DNA of 64,000 nucleotides from a virus, in IMG/VR virus record IMGVR_UViG_3300043410_001708, positions 42,270 through 106,269 of that record; one strand, 5' to 3'. Position 1 is the stretch's first letter, and each line of letters opens with the position of its first letter. A program made the position numbers and the translations under genes. The notes below the pieces were generated by a model that saw only the letters and a program-made list of their open reading frames with translations, did no database searches and had not been told where the DNA came from. Positions 12,951 to 22,104 of this stretch are shown here, piece by piece.

Positions 12951-13457
12951 TTATTTCTTCCATAATATTGGTGACTCAATAATTGGTGCAGACGGGTTAA
13001 CAAAATCATCAAATGTTTCCCACAAATGTTCTGATATTGCAAACTTTGTAATCAATCCTGGTTCACGGCCATAGGCATCTATCTCCCATGGTTGAATCCA
13101 ATAATCAATTTTGTCTGGATCAATTCTCTTTCCTCTCCATCGGGTCAATTCATCGTTAGTTTCACCTTCAATGTATTGTTTCACATGAACCATTTCATGT
13201 GCCAATGTTTCTAAAATCTTCCTAGAACCAATATGTGGATGAATCTCTATCAAAAATTTTCGAGGTTGATTTCGTGTATTGTAATCTTCAATACTAGCAA
13301 AACCATATTCATCTATTTTGGTACTAAAAAGGATTTGTGTGGTGCAATTGTTTCTTATTCGTGTATTGGGTATCAATTCTTTAGCATAAAAATGGGCGGC
13401 TCTTTCAACAAAGGGCTTAAAATCTTTATCCGGACAGTTAACCACACGAATAATCAT
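12951..13457 (-). CDS. Zinc metallopeptidase-like protein
   Basis: LAHEMVHVKQ HExxH motif and downstream PWEIDA. Confidence 0.8.
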   Translation of the reverse strand: MIIRVVNCPDKDFKPFVERAAHFYAKELIPNTRIRNNCTTQILFSTKIDEYGFASIEDYNTRNQPRKFLIEIHPHIGSRKILETLAHEMVHVKQYIEGETNDELTRWRGKRIDPDKIDYWIQPWEIDAYGREPGLITKFAISEHLWETFDDFVNPSAPIIESPILWKK

Positions 13458-13500
13458 CCTAGTCTCCTAAGGGCAACATTACCCTTAGTTATTTAGATGA

Positions 13501-13953
13501 TTAGATTTTTTCTACTAAAACTTTTGCCTTTTGTAAAAACTTAATACCATCATCACTCCGATAAGAGTTCCGATATAGAATGTGGTTAATACCACTTTGG
13601 TATATAAGTTTGGCACAGTCCAAACATGGAGCATGGGTAATAAACATAGTAGCACCCATACCAGATTCGTTAGACTTAGCCAACTTGGCAATGGCGTTAG
13701 TTTCTGCATGTAATACCTCCGGGCGTGTAACTAAAATATCTTTCTTTTCTACAGGCTGGCATGTTTCAGGATCCATTACATACGGATGCGTTTCACAGTT
13801 ATTGTCCCAACCAGCCGGCATACCATTGTAGCCAATAGAAATAATCCTATCTTCTTTGACTACAATGGCACCTACATGAAGTCTACGTGCTGAGGATAAT
13901 TCTGCGAACACCTCAGCAGTTTTCATATACGCATCACGAAATTTTTGTTTCAC
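13501..13953 (-). CDS. cd: dCMP deaminase
   Basis: VGAIVV, GYNG, HAE and PCLDC motifs. Confidence 0.93.
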   Translation of the reverse strand: MKQKFRDAYMKTAEVFAELSSARRLHVGAIVVKEDRIISIGYNGMPAGWDNNCETHPYVMDPETCQPVEKKDILVTRPEVLHAETNAIAKLAKSNESGMGATMFITHAPCLDCAKLIYQSGINHILYRNSYRSDDGIKFLQKAKVLVEKI

Positions 13954-14084
13954 AGGACCTCGTAATCTTCTTTACCGCAGCCACATTCAGGACAAGTAAA
14001 GTCATCAGGTAATGTATTCCATGCACCCTCTGTTGCTTCATCATGTTCATGTCCACAAACTACACATACGTGTACTTCACTCAT
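13950..14084 (-). CDS. Rubredoxin (44 aa), not in ORF track
   Basis: MSEVHVCVVCGHEHDEATEGAWNTLPDDFTCPECGCGKEDYEVL with two CxxCG motifs. Confidence 0.92.
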   Translation of the reverse strand: MSEVHVCVVCGHEHDEATEGAWNTLPDDFTCPECGCGKEDYEVL

Positions 14085-14533
14085 TATAGTTCTCCTAATT
14101 TTTGTTGATATGCAGCTGCATGACGTTTTTCAATTTTGGATAATGCAGCAAAACGTTTTTCTGCCTTACGTAGGATATCAGAAAATTGTTCTGCGTGTAT
14201 TTTTGATTCTTCAATTTGATGGCGAGCTTCCAATGAGGCAGATAAATTGCCTTCTGTTTTTGCATCAATTTCAAATTGTGGATACATTGTAGTGAATTCG
14301 TATGTCTCACCTTCAATGGCTTTCTCCAAACATTCTTTAGTTGATGGTTTACCAATTAACAATTCCAAATGACCCCATGCATGAAGTAACTCTTGGTCTG
14401 CTGTATGTTCAAAGTGTTTTGCAACATCTTCAAAACCTTCTTCTCGAGCAATCTTCGCAAAGTAACGATATTTGATATGTGCTTGACTTTCTCCAGCCAA
14501 GGCACTCTCAAGGTTTTTAATTGTAATTGACAT
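14084..14533 (-). CDS. rbr: Rubrerythrin (short-chain, ferritin-like)
   Basis: NLESALAGES, QELLHA, GETYE, EESKIHA di-iron motifs; start moved to MSITIKN. Confidence 0.9.
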   Translation of the reverse strand: MSITIKNLESALAGESQAHIKYRYFAKIAREEGFEDVAKHFEHTADQELLHAWGHLELLIGKPSTKECLEKAIEGETYEFTTMYPQFEIDAKTEGNLSASLEARHQIEESKIHAEQFSDILRKAEKRFAALSKIEKRHAAAYQQKLGEL

Positions 14534-14551
14534 AATACTCCTTAATAAAAA

Positions 14552-14626
14552 TGGTGGGCCCACTAGGAATTGAACCTAGACTCAATGAATTATGAGTTCA
14601 CTGCTTTACCATTAAGCTATAGGCCC
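14552..14626 (-). tRNA. tRNA-Ile2(CAT), lysidine type
   Basis: GGGCCTA acceptor, GTGAA-CTCATAA-TTCAT, CCA. Confidence 0.8.
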
Positions 14627-14808
14627 TATTTGATATATTCTAACGAATCTTTTCTCATTAATTTAGGTGTTTCCCTAATACCAATGTTTTTAATTACGTA
14701 AACGAAAGTAACACCATCAATTTCTTTAGTCTCTGGTGAACAGACGTAGTAATTCTCCATCGTGGTTTTTACACGAACTTTTTTGATGTATTGTTTTTCA
14801 GTTTTCAT
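14626..14808 (-). CDS. Hypothetical protein
   Basis: Basic 60 aa ORF directly behind the TTGACA-17-TATAAT promoter at 14815-14843. Confidence 0.55.
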   Translation of the reverse strand: MKTEKQYIKKVRVKTTMENYYVCSPETKEIDGVTFVYVIKNIGIRETPKLMRKDSLEYIK

Positions 14809-14825
14809 AATACTATTATAAAGGT

Positions 14826-14853
14826 AAAAAAAGAGGTTGTCAAGCAACCTCTT
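14826..14853 (-). terminator. Intrinsic terminator after the hsp20 unit
   Basis: AAGAGGTTG/CAACCTCTT stem plus T run; overlaps the next promoter's -35. Confidence 0.75.
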
Positions 14854-14858
14854 TACTA

Positions 14859-14924
14859 TTACCGGAACTTTTCAGGATAATTTAGTCGTTCCCACTCCTC
14901 ATCGGAGACAGGCCACCAATTCAT
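14859..14924 (-). CDS. 21-aa peptide coupled to hsp20
   Basis: ATGA overlap with the hsp20 stop; MNWWPVSDEEWERLNYPEKFR. Confidence 0.45.
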   Translation of the reverse strand: MNWWPVSDEEWERLNYPEKFR

Positions 14925-15367
14925 TCTTTTTCCTTAATAGCAATTTTCTTAATGGCGTCTTGTGTTTTGACCATATTTTCTAGCCAAATTTTAAGCATAC
15001 CATTCATTAGTTCCGCATCTTTGATTTCTACTTTATCTGCGAGAGTAAAGGTACGTTCAAATGCACGGTTGGCAATGCCTTTGTACAGATAATCTTCAGA
15101 TTCATCATCTTTAGATGCAGCTTTAATTACAAGTTTGTTTCCTTCCAAAGTCATTTCAATATCAGACTTAGCAAAACCAGCAACAGCCATTTCAATGACG
15201 TACTTGTTTTCTTTTACCTGTTTGATGTTGTATGGAGGATAAGATACGGCTTTAGTTGCAGCCGTTGCAGCTTCACGCATAAGTTCCAATGTATCATTGA
15301 ATCCTACTGTGAATGGTTGAATTTTACCAAAATCAGAACCGAAAAAATCTTTCATAAGATTTGTCAT
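14921..15367 (-). CDS. hsp20: Small heat-shock protein Hsp20 (IbpA-like)
   Basis: YPPYNI, IEMAVAGF, YKGIANRAFERTF, NGML motifs. Confidence 0.95.
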   Translation of the reverse strand: MTNLMKDFFGSDFGKIQPFTVGFNDTLELMREAATAATKAVSYPPYNIKQVKENKYVIEMAVAGFAKSDIEMTLEGNKLVIKAASKDDESEDYLYKGIANRAFERTFTLADKVEIKDAELMNGMLKIWLENMVKTQDAIKKIAIKEKE

Positions 15368-15518
15368 GTGTTTCTCCTAAAAGCGAGATTAAAAAATTGA
15401 TACCCCGAAGGCGTATCGGTTGAGTTACTGGTTACGGGATCCAGTGTCACCCTATCGTTGTGACCGCTTTAAACGCTCCTAAGGTAGGTGGAGCACCTTC
15501 TTCCCATCCCTGGGAACT
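15368..15518 (-). promoter_or_regulatory. Structured hsp20 5' leader ending in a ROSE-like thermometer hairpin
   Basis: TCTCGCT-TTT-AGGAGA sequesters the SD with a bulged G (UCGCU); five upstream hairpins; promoter TTGACA-17-TATAAT at 15520-15548. Confidence 0.65.
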
Positions 15519-15544
15519 TATTATATCAGTATTTATACTAGTTG

Positions 15545-15952
15545 TCAAGAACCGTTCGGTTTTTTACCAATATTATACTTTGGTGTAAGTTGCCAGTCAT
15601 TCTTTTCCTTGTGTGACAATATTTTAATCTGTGACAAGAAAATAGGTGCTGGCACCTCAGTTTGTTTTTTGTTGACCAACTTTACTAAACCCCAATCTTC
15701 CAATAGGTTTGCAATAGCATTCCTACGTGATAGGTCATTTTCGGTAATGTCGGTTGGTTTACCATCTAAGGCAAATAGTTCTTTGAAATGTACCACATAG
15801 TATTGTCCACGTTTGTGGAGAATGTGGCAAGATTGGTATAATGTTTGGTCTTTCTTTGAGGCAACACCGATACGGGTCAGTGTTTCACGTACCTTTAGAA
15901 AATCATCTTTGTCATCCAATGTCACTTCAACTAAGTCTTTAATGTCTATCAT
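15545..15952 (-). CDS. regA: Translational repressor RegA
   Basis: DFLKVRETLTRIG, LYQSCHILHKRG.YY.VHFKELF. Confidence 0.97.
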   Translation of the reverse strand: MIDIKDLVEVTLDDKDDFLKVRETLTRIGVASKKDQTLYQSCHILHKRGQYYVVHFKELFALDGKPTDITENDLSRRNAIANLLEDWGLVKLVNKKQTEVPAPIFLSQIKILSHKEKNDWQLTPKYNIGKKPNGS

Positions 15953-16328
15953 TATTCTTCACTCCGCCTGTATCTATTTTTGTTTTTATATCAGCGATTT
16001 GTTCATCGGTGAGGATACGTAGGGCTTCTTTAGCCTTGGAGTTTGAATACCCAAAATAGGTTTTCACACATTCAATATCCTTCTCAGAATCAGCTTTTTG
16101 CCATGGAACGAATTTACGTTTCATAGGCCTGATACTATTTAGAAGATACTGGTATTGCATGTCCTTATCGATTCCAGGCCACAGGTTCATGTCATTGGCG
16201 TACAAGACACAATCTAAATGGTTGGACAACGACCTATTGATTAGGAAAGGTGCATAATCTTTGAAGTCCAATTCACCATCCGGCACCTTCTTTCTCAGGA
16301 TGTAATCGGCATAATCGAACGGACTCAT
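15939..16328 (-). CDS. gp62: Clamp loader small subunit
   Basis: Y.PFLINRSLS motif; position between gp44 and regA. Confidence 0.92.
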   Translation of the reverse strand: MSPFDYADYILRKKVPDGELDFKDYAPFLINRSLSNHLDCVLYANDMNLWPGIDKDMQYQYLLNSIRPMKRKFVPWQKADSEKDIECVKTYFGYSNSKAKEALRILTDEQIADIKTKIDTGGVKNNDRH

Positions 16329-17257
16329 TTGAATTCACATTCGACCATAATTTCTGTCAGACAGGCAATCAAATTGATTTCATGGTCTGCAACAAAGGCT
16401 GATTGATACTGATACTTGGCCAAGATTAACACCATTTGTGGTACAGAATTTGGTTTCAACTTTTCATACAGACCATCATAGATGTTTCTAAAGATTCTGG
16501 TGATATCATTGTCAAGGTTGTTTGTAACCCATTTACGACAAGAAGCAAAGTCCTTGTTCATAAGTGAAGTCACCAACTCATTTAGTTGCACATCGGAAAC
16601 TGATGCAAGAATACCTTTGTCAATTGTGCCGCTAACACTATAACGCTGAAGCTCGTTAAGAACACGGCGATTATCAGGAAAATGTTTCGTGATAACGGCA
16701 GCAACCACTTGCTTATCATATGTAACTCCTTCTTGTTCAAGAATCCACTCAACACGTTTGAAGAAGGCAGCTGCCATCTTTTGTTTACTGCCATTGATTT
16801 TGAAGTCAACAACGGTACAACGGGAATGAATTGGGTCAATGATTCTGTTCTTAAAGTTACATGTGAAGATGAAAGAACAGTTGGATGCAAACTCCTCAAT
16901 CGCACCACGCATGGCAGGTTGAGTTGAATTTGGATTTAGATAGTCTGCTTCATCAATGATAACGACCTTGCGTCCACCAGACAAGGACATTGACGATGCA
17001 TAGTTTTTGATTTTGTTCCGTAGAACATCGATACCCGATTCGTCTGAACCGTTAATCATAATGTAATCACAACCGACTTCTTCACAGAGAGCCTTTGCAA
17101 TTGTAGTTTTACCAACACCAGCAGAACCAGACAACAAGAGGTTGGGAATCTCTTTGCGGTTTACATATTCCTGAAATGTTGCTTTGATACCATCAGGAAG
17201 AATACAATCTTCGATGGTTTTAGGACGGTACTTCTCCACCCATAAAATGTGTGACAT
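16325..17257 (-). CDS. gp44: Clamp loader AAA+ subunit
   Basis: LWVEKYRP, GVGKTT, IIDEAD, SRC. Confidence 0.97.
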   Translation of the reverse strand: MSHILWVEKYRPKTIEDCILPDGIKATFQEYVNRKEIPNLLLSGSAGVGKTTIAKALCEEVGCDYIMINGSDESGIDVLRNKIKNYASSMSLSGGRKVVIIDEADYLNPNSTQPAMRGAIEEFASNCSFIFTCNFKNRIIDPIHSRCTVVDFKINGSKQKMAAAFFKRVEWILEQEGVTYDKQVVAAVITKHFPDNRRVLNELQRYSVSGTIDKGILASVSDVQLNELVTSLMNKDFASCRKWVTNNLDNDITRIFRNIYDGLYEKLKPNSVPQMVLILAKYQYQSAFVADHEINLIACLTEIMVECEFK

Positions 17258-17277
17258 TCAAATTCTCCATAATATAA

Positions 17278-17613
17278 TTAAATTTCGTCATGCCATTTAA
17301 AGCCAAGCAGTAACTTAGCAAAAAATCTTATGACTGCATTTGGCTTAGTGGGTCTATACACAAACACCTTGTGTGTGATTTCCCATTTGCCAACATACTT
17401 TTCACTGGGTTTTATAACAAACTCGGATGTTGGTGGTTGTGTCCATGCAAATGAACCTGTGCCACCATTACTAATCAAGTAATTGCCACTGGTAACAGTA
17501 CTCCATTGTCTCTTTCGCCACTCAGCAATCCATTGTTCACTTGGAGTAAAATCCAAGTCTAAAGTTTTTTGCTCAGTCAATGGAAAGAAAAATTCAATTT
17601 CAAGTTGTTGCAT
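17278..17613 (-). CDS. Hypothetical protein
   Basis: ORF in operon context. Confidence 0.6.
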   Translation of the reverse strand: MQQLEIEFFFPLTEQKTLDLDFTPSEQWIAEWRKRQWSTVTSGNYLISNGGTGSFAWTQPPTSEFVIKPSEKYVGKWEITHKVFVYRPTKPNAVIRFFAKLLLGFKWHDEI

Positions 17614-17800
17614 TTGGAAATGGCCAGTTCAATTCTTGTTTGATTTCTTCGATACGATTTTGTAACACAGAAATTGCTGTGTTAAAATGTCCAGTACCTT
17701 CTTCATTCGGATTGAATCTAGTTTTTAGAACCTGAATTTCTTTTTCCAAAACAGCAACATATTGTTCTCTATCAAACCATGTTCGTATTTCACCCATCAT
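17600..17800 (-). CDS. Hypothetical protein
   Basis: ORF with overlapping start/stop. Confidence 0.6.
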   Translation of the reverse strand: MMGEIRTWFDREQYVAVLEKEIQVLKTRFNPNEEGTGHFNTAISVLQNRIEEIKQELNWPFPNATT

Positions 17801-18072
17801 TTCACCTCATTCATACTTTCAAATAAAGCTTCAAACTCTTTTGACTCAGCAACCTCAGTCTGAAATGAATTTTTAAATTGTGTCTTTGCCATCCGTTTAA
17901 CAATCTTTTTAGGGATTTTTAATTCATCATTCGTAATGTCCACAATATCTTTAATAGCATCATTGTTGGCTTGATTTCTCTGCATATGCAACACAATCTC
18001 GTCAACATAACCTTTTAGTTTTTTTAATTGGTCTTCATCAAAAGAACCAAATAGTGTATTTACTTTAGTCAT
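17797..18072 (-). CDS. T4 DsbA-like dsDNA-binding protein
   Basis: Size and IKDIV...ELKIPKK...MAK...F pattern. Confidence 0.65.
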   Translation of the reverse strand: MTKVNTLFGSFDEDQLKKLKGYVDEIVLHMQRNQANNDAIKDIVDITNDELKIPKKIVKRMAKTQFKNSFQTEVAESKEFEALFESMNEVK

Positions 18073-18260
18073 TATGTCATCATCCCAACAACTTCAAAAT
18101 CAGTTTCTTCAACAATAATATTACCATTGATTAAATTGATTGCCGTTTTACCGTTTTGTTCACCATCTGAAATTGTGAATACTGCCACAATATGTCTTGG
18201 GTTAACTGCAATTTTGTTTGACGATCCAATTTCTGTAATCCATATCATATTATTCTCCAA
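18072..18260 (-). CDS. Hypothetical small beta protein
   Basis: IAVNPRHIV...T.I.L..G..IVEE pattern. Confidence 0.55.
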   Translation of the reverse strand: MENNMIWITEIGSSNKIAVNPRHIVAVFTISDGEQNGKTAINLINGNIIVEETDFEVVGMMT

Positions 18261-18927
18261 AACTTAAATCGGATTCTTTTGCTTCGATGGCGATCCAGTA
18301 TTCCATATCTTCTTTGGTGTTCTTGAAGTATGACAAACCTTTAGATGAAATTTGTACTTCATAAGAACCGGAAATCATTTTGAAGTTTTCTGTCAAAAAC
18401 AATGCCTTAAACTTCTTGCCGTTGCCATCAGCAATCTCTGTTGAATCTGTATGTGCTGAATTGTCTTTTGCATCACAGGTTGTGATAGAAATCTTTTCAC
18501 CATCAGACATGATGGCAATGTTAGGTGATTGTAGAATGCTTGCAGTCTTTAGGATAGAAGCAAGTTCTTCTTCTTTCAATGTGAAAGATACATCGACAGA
18601 AGGCAAGGTCAACTCTTTATCTGGTGGAGTTACAATCATGCTTTTTGCAGTCTTGCGATAGTTTAGTTTTTTACGACCAACTTTGAAGATAACGTGTTTG
18701 TCATCAAAATCAATTTCACCATCTTTGTACAATGATTGTACAGATAGAAACTGGTTCAAGTCATAGATGCAGAAATCCTGTGGGAAATCATCTTTAACTC
18801 CGGCTTTTGCCAGTACAGTCTTTGTTGCGGAAATAGTTGTCAATTTCTTACCAGTCTTAAACTCAATGCCAGGATTTATGTTGGCAAAGTTTTTAAGAAC
18901 CGTTAAGGTCTCATTAGATAATTTCAT
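18250..18927 (-). CDS. gp45: Sliding clamp
   Basis: MKLSNETLTVLKNFANIN, FCIYDLNQFLS, YWIAIE. Confidence 0.96.
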   Translation of the reverse strand: MKLSNETLTVLKNFANINPGIEFKTGKKLTTISATKTVLAKAGVKDDFPQDFCIYDLNQFLSVQSLYKDGEIDFDDKHVIFKVGRKKLNYRKTAKSMIVTPPDKELTLPSVDVSFTLKEEELASILKTASILQSPNIAIMSDGEKISITTCDAKDNSAHTDSTEIADGNGKKFKALFLTENFKMISGSYEVQISSKGLSYFKNTKEDMEYWIAIEAKESDLSFGE

Positions 18928-19589
18928 TACGATACTCCTTGTTTCAATTCACTCATTATACCTGGACCATAAGAGGTTGTCAAGCATTTAATCAATTTGT
19001 TCTTTAAGTCTTCCAAAGAACCTTGGTTGTCAATGTTGTGGTCAACATAACCACCAATCCATCGCCATTCAGATTCGTGTACACCGGATTGTTTCAGCAT
19101 AAATTCTTCTGCTTTCCAGTCACCACGATTAGCTTTGGCTGCAATCTCATACCAATGTGGTGTTGTACCACGTTCTATTTCTATGAGAATACCTTTATTA
19201 CCATGAACAAATTCAATTTCATTTTGAAAACGAACATCGGTTATAACATAATTTTGATTTGGATTATTTTGTATATAATTCTTTAATTTGATGATCCAAA
19301 AGTCTGAATGAAAAACATCACGTCCAACTTCTGTACCCATTAATTGTAATGCAAGTCTTGGTGTAAACTCACGTCCAAATTCTTCTGACCAAAACTTATC
19401 TGGTTGTTCACGCCACTGCCTAGATTGTTCTGTGTCACCTTCCAATAAATGTCGTGGCCAACCAAACATTTCTGCGGCAACATCTTTAACACCTTTAGCA
19501 AAACTGACAGGAGTAAAACCAAGGTCTTTAAGAATGTCACCGGCAGTACCTTTACCTGAACCAATGAATCCAAGTAAACCAACAATCAT
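18927..19589 (-). CDS. gp1: dNMP kinase
   Basis: GFIGSGKGT, PRLALQLMGTE, ITDVRF.NE, HESE. Confidence 0.92.
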   Translation of the reverse strand: MIVGLLGFIGSGKGTAGDILKDLGFTPVSFAKGVKDVAAEMFGWPRHLLEGDTEQSRQWREQPDKFWSEEFGREFTPRLALQLMGTEVGRDVFHSDFWIIKLKNYIQNNPNQNYVITDVRFQNEIEFVHGNKGILIEIERGTTPHWYEIAAKANRGDWKAEEFMLKQSGVHESEWRWIGGYVDHNIDNQGSLEDLKNKLIKCLTTSYGPGIMSELKQGVS

Positions 19590-20407
19590 TACATTTCTCC
19601 AACATAATTTGCTACAGCTGGCATATCACCTTTGAAGTGATAAGTACCAATGTGGTCTGTTCGCATCCAAGGACACAACCAAATTGAACCACCAATTTTA
19701 CGCCACAACTGACAGAACATATAATCTTCTGACAAATAACGGTCAGAACCACCGCCTGTAGGCGAATCAACAGTGTCAATCAATGTGTCAAAGAAAGCAT
19801 GAATATAACGTGTGCCATCAAAGTGTGCTTGGCCAACATGGTCAGGTTTGTAACGAAGATGTGGAAATGCTTGTGCAAATTTAGGAAACACTTCACGTTT
19901 AACCATCATAAAACCAGTACCAATTTCCAACACTTCAAGTGGATCGGCAACGCTGAACTTATCTGTGCCTCTAACTGGATTGAAAACATAATCACCAGTA
20001 ACTTTCTCTAAATCACCAGCTTGCATATCTGGATTTTTCTCTAGAGCTTTCTTAACTGAGGACCATTTGATGGCTTTCTTAGGATAAGGGCCGCCGATAA
20101 CATCTTTATCTAAGGCCAATAAAGCAATAACATCTTGTGGATTGAAGTGAATATCAGCATCAATAAACAACATGTGTGTGCAATCAGAACGATGCAAGAA
20201 TTCATCAACAAGATAATTTCTAGCACGGGTAATCAAAGATTCATTGAAAAGAAATGAGAATTTCACTTGAACACCATACTGCATACAGATGGCTTGTAAA
20301 TCGAGACATGCTTTAGCATAGAGTCCATGATTCATACCACCATACATTGGTGTTGCAACGAAAATGCTTTTCTTTGCTAATTCTTCTTTTTTAATTGAAA
20401 TTTCCAT
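19589..20407 (-). CDS. GT-A-fold glycosyltransferase-like protein
   Basis: ATPMYGG, ESLITRARN, FIDADI (DxD), GTGFM, LSEDY.FC. Confidence 0.75.
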   Translation of the reverse strand: MEISIKKEELAKKSIFVATPMYGGMNHGLYAKACLDLQAICMQYGVQVKFSFLFNESLITRARNYLVDEFLHRSDCTHMLFIDADIHFNPQDVIALLALDKDVIGGPYPKKAIKWSSVKKALEKNPDMQAGDLEKVTGDYVFNPVRGTDKFSVADPLEVLEIGTGFMMVKREVFPKFAQAFPHLRYKPDHVGQAHFDGTRYIHAFFDTLIDTVDSPTGGGSDRYLSEDYMFCQLWRKIGGSIWLCPWMRTDHIGTYHFKGDMPAVANYVGEM

Positions 20408-20462
20408 TTTCTCTCCAAAAATAAAAATGGGGATCCGGTGAACGGACCCCCAAATTGCTTAA

Positions 20463-20732
20463 TTAAGCGCTGAAGCTGTAGCCAGCTTTAAGTGCGGTAC
20501 GAACCATTGCTTTAGTTGGTGTACCCAAACGGTATACAGATACCTTAGAACCATCACCACGGGTCTTGGTGTTAGTGTAGATGACATGGCCTTCTTGGCG
20601 CAATTCATCAATACGAGCGGCAACATTTTGGATGCCGAAACGAGCACGAGCCTGTGCGGTTGAAAGGGTGTTGTAGCCTTCAGACTTGCTCAAATATTTG
20701 AGAATCTTTTCTTTGGCGGATAGTTTAGTCAT
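20463..20732 (-). CDS. Winged helix-turn-helix DNA-binding protein
   Basis: KILKYL...QARARFGIQNVAARIDELRQEG...YRL; own promoter (20789-20817) and terminator (~20423-20452). Confidence 0.75.
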   Translation of the reverse strand: MTKLSAKEKILKYLSKSEGYNTLSTAQARARFGIQNVAARIDELRQEGHVIYTNTKTRGDGSKVSVYRLGTPTKAMVRTALKAGYSFSA

Positions 20733-20838
20733 AATAATCTCCTAATGACAAAGTTAAAACAAAAGTCTTGCGTTTTGCAAGTATTCACATTATACTATTA
20801 CTTAGTGTGTGTGTCAAGTATATTGGCGGTATACTTTT

Positions 20839-22104
20839 TTATCTGCCAACTTGCGGCAAATACTTAGCCTTGGTTTCTTCCCAAGACAGGTATATCAAGT
20901 CATCATAAAACAATGATTCATAAGATACATTATTCTTTTTCTTCAACATTGATATACGACCCTTGGCATATTTGGTTTTCCAAATTTGCGTCAAGGTTTC
21001 TTCACTGGTATCAAATGATTTGACCAGTTGTTCATCACCAATTTCTTTCCTAAGATACTCATTGGTGTTGTTATAGAGAGGTGAGAAATAGATGCCTCTC
21101 TGATGTTCGGTACGGATAAGTTCTTTTGGAATACCTAACTTACCATACGCAAAATTTAATGTACGATTTTTGTGGTCACGTTTAAGTGGAAGTCCTTTTT
21201 GATTCTTGGCTTCCCACCACTCAAAATATTTACGTGTATGATTCTCTTTTACCCAATCATAAATCATTGTTCTGGTTTTTCTGGACGGTTCAAAAGCAAC
21301 AGAACCACTAGAGAAACCCATTTTGTTCCAATGTTCAAGACCATCATACTGAGATAGACCATTGGACTTAGTATTACCATAAAGAGAAGTAGTTGTAACT
21401 CCAACAAGAACATCACCATATTGTTTTTTCCAATCATTCTGTACAGTATCGGCAAGACACAATAGTGCCAACAATTTTCCACCCATGTAATTGAAACCAA
21501 GTGGTTGTAATGGAACAATTGTGGAACCGATTGCAGTATGATTAATCATACCTTGTTGTGTCTTAACATCTCTAGGCCAACCGATGGCCGTGTCTCTTGG
21601 AGTCAAGTCCAAGAAGTCGGATGATATACAGATAACACCAAGATATTTGTCTGTAACTTCATCAACCACAGTGTAATAAAGATTGCGGCCAATGTTTGAA
21701 TTGTTTTTCATTGTGGAAGAAAATGTACGTACAGTATTCCACGTTTCTGCCAAAGGTCCGTTAGATAAAACCAACTTTGGTTTTAGTTTTTCATAATCAT
21801 CTGGACCTTCTGGCATCCAAAAATTCTTCTTTACTTTTTCAACCAGTTTCTTTTGTGTAACATCTACCAATTGTACTTCTTCTTCAAAAAGTGTACTGAT
21901 GGTTCTGGTTGGATATTTCTCATGGACCTCTAACCACTTTTGATATAAGGTATACTCACGCACATCCATTTGTGATGCATACGTGAGGTCCTTAATCAAT
22001 ATCTCTTTCAATTGCTCGGTATCAATATGTTCAAAACGTTCAGGATCATTTAGTACCTGCCATTTCTCCCACTGAGCATCAACATAATCTATAGGTGTGG
22101 CCAT
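20839..22104 (-). CDS. DUF4338/DruA-like protein
   Basis: GRNL, LGVICISSD...RD..IGW, GGKLLALL, TTTSLYG..SQY motifs. Confidence 0.65.
   Translation of the reverse strand: MATPIDYVDAQWEKWQVLNDPERFEHIDTEQLKEILIKDLTYASQMDVREYTLYQKWLEVHEKYPTRTISTLFEEEVQLVDVTQKKLVEKVKKNFWMPEGPDDYEKLKPKLVLSNGPLAETWNTVRTFSSTMKNNSNIGRNLYYTVVDEVTDKYLGVICISSDFLDLTPRDTAIGWPRDVKTQQGMINHTAIGSTIVPLQPLGFNYMGGKLLALLCLADTVQNDWKKQYGDVLVGVTTTSLYGNTKSNGLSQYDGLEHWNKMGFSSGSVAFEPSRKTRTMIYDWVKENHTRKYFEWWEAKNQKGLPLKRDHKNRTLNFAYGKLGIPKELIRTEHQRGIYFSPLYNNTNEYLRKEIGDEQLVKSFDTSEETLTQIWKTKYAKGRISMLKKKNNVSYESLFYDDLIYLSWEETKAKYLPQVGR

Noticed and set aside
15436-15466. GTCACAACG...GTGAC as a SAM/SAH riboswitch
   Set aside because: Lacks the GCTTCCTGGC core of that aptamer, and the downstream gene is hsp20.
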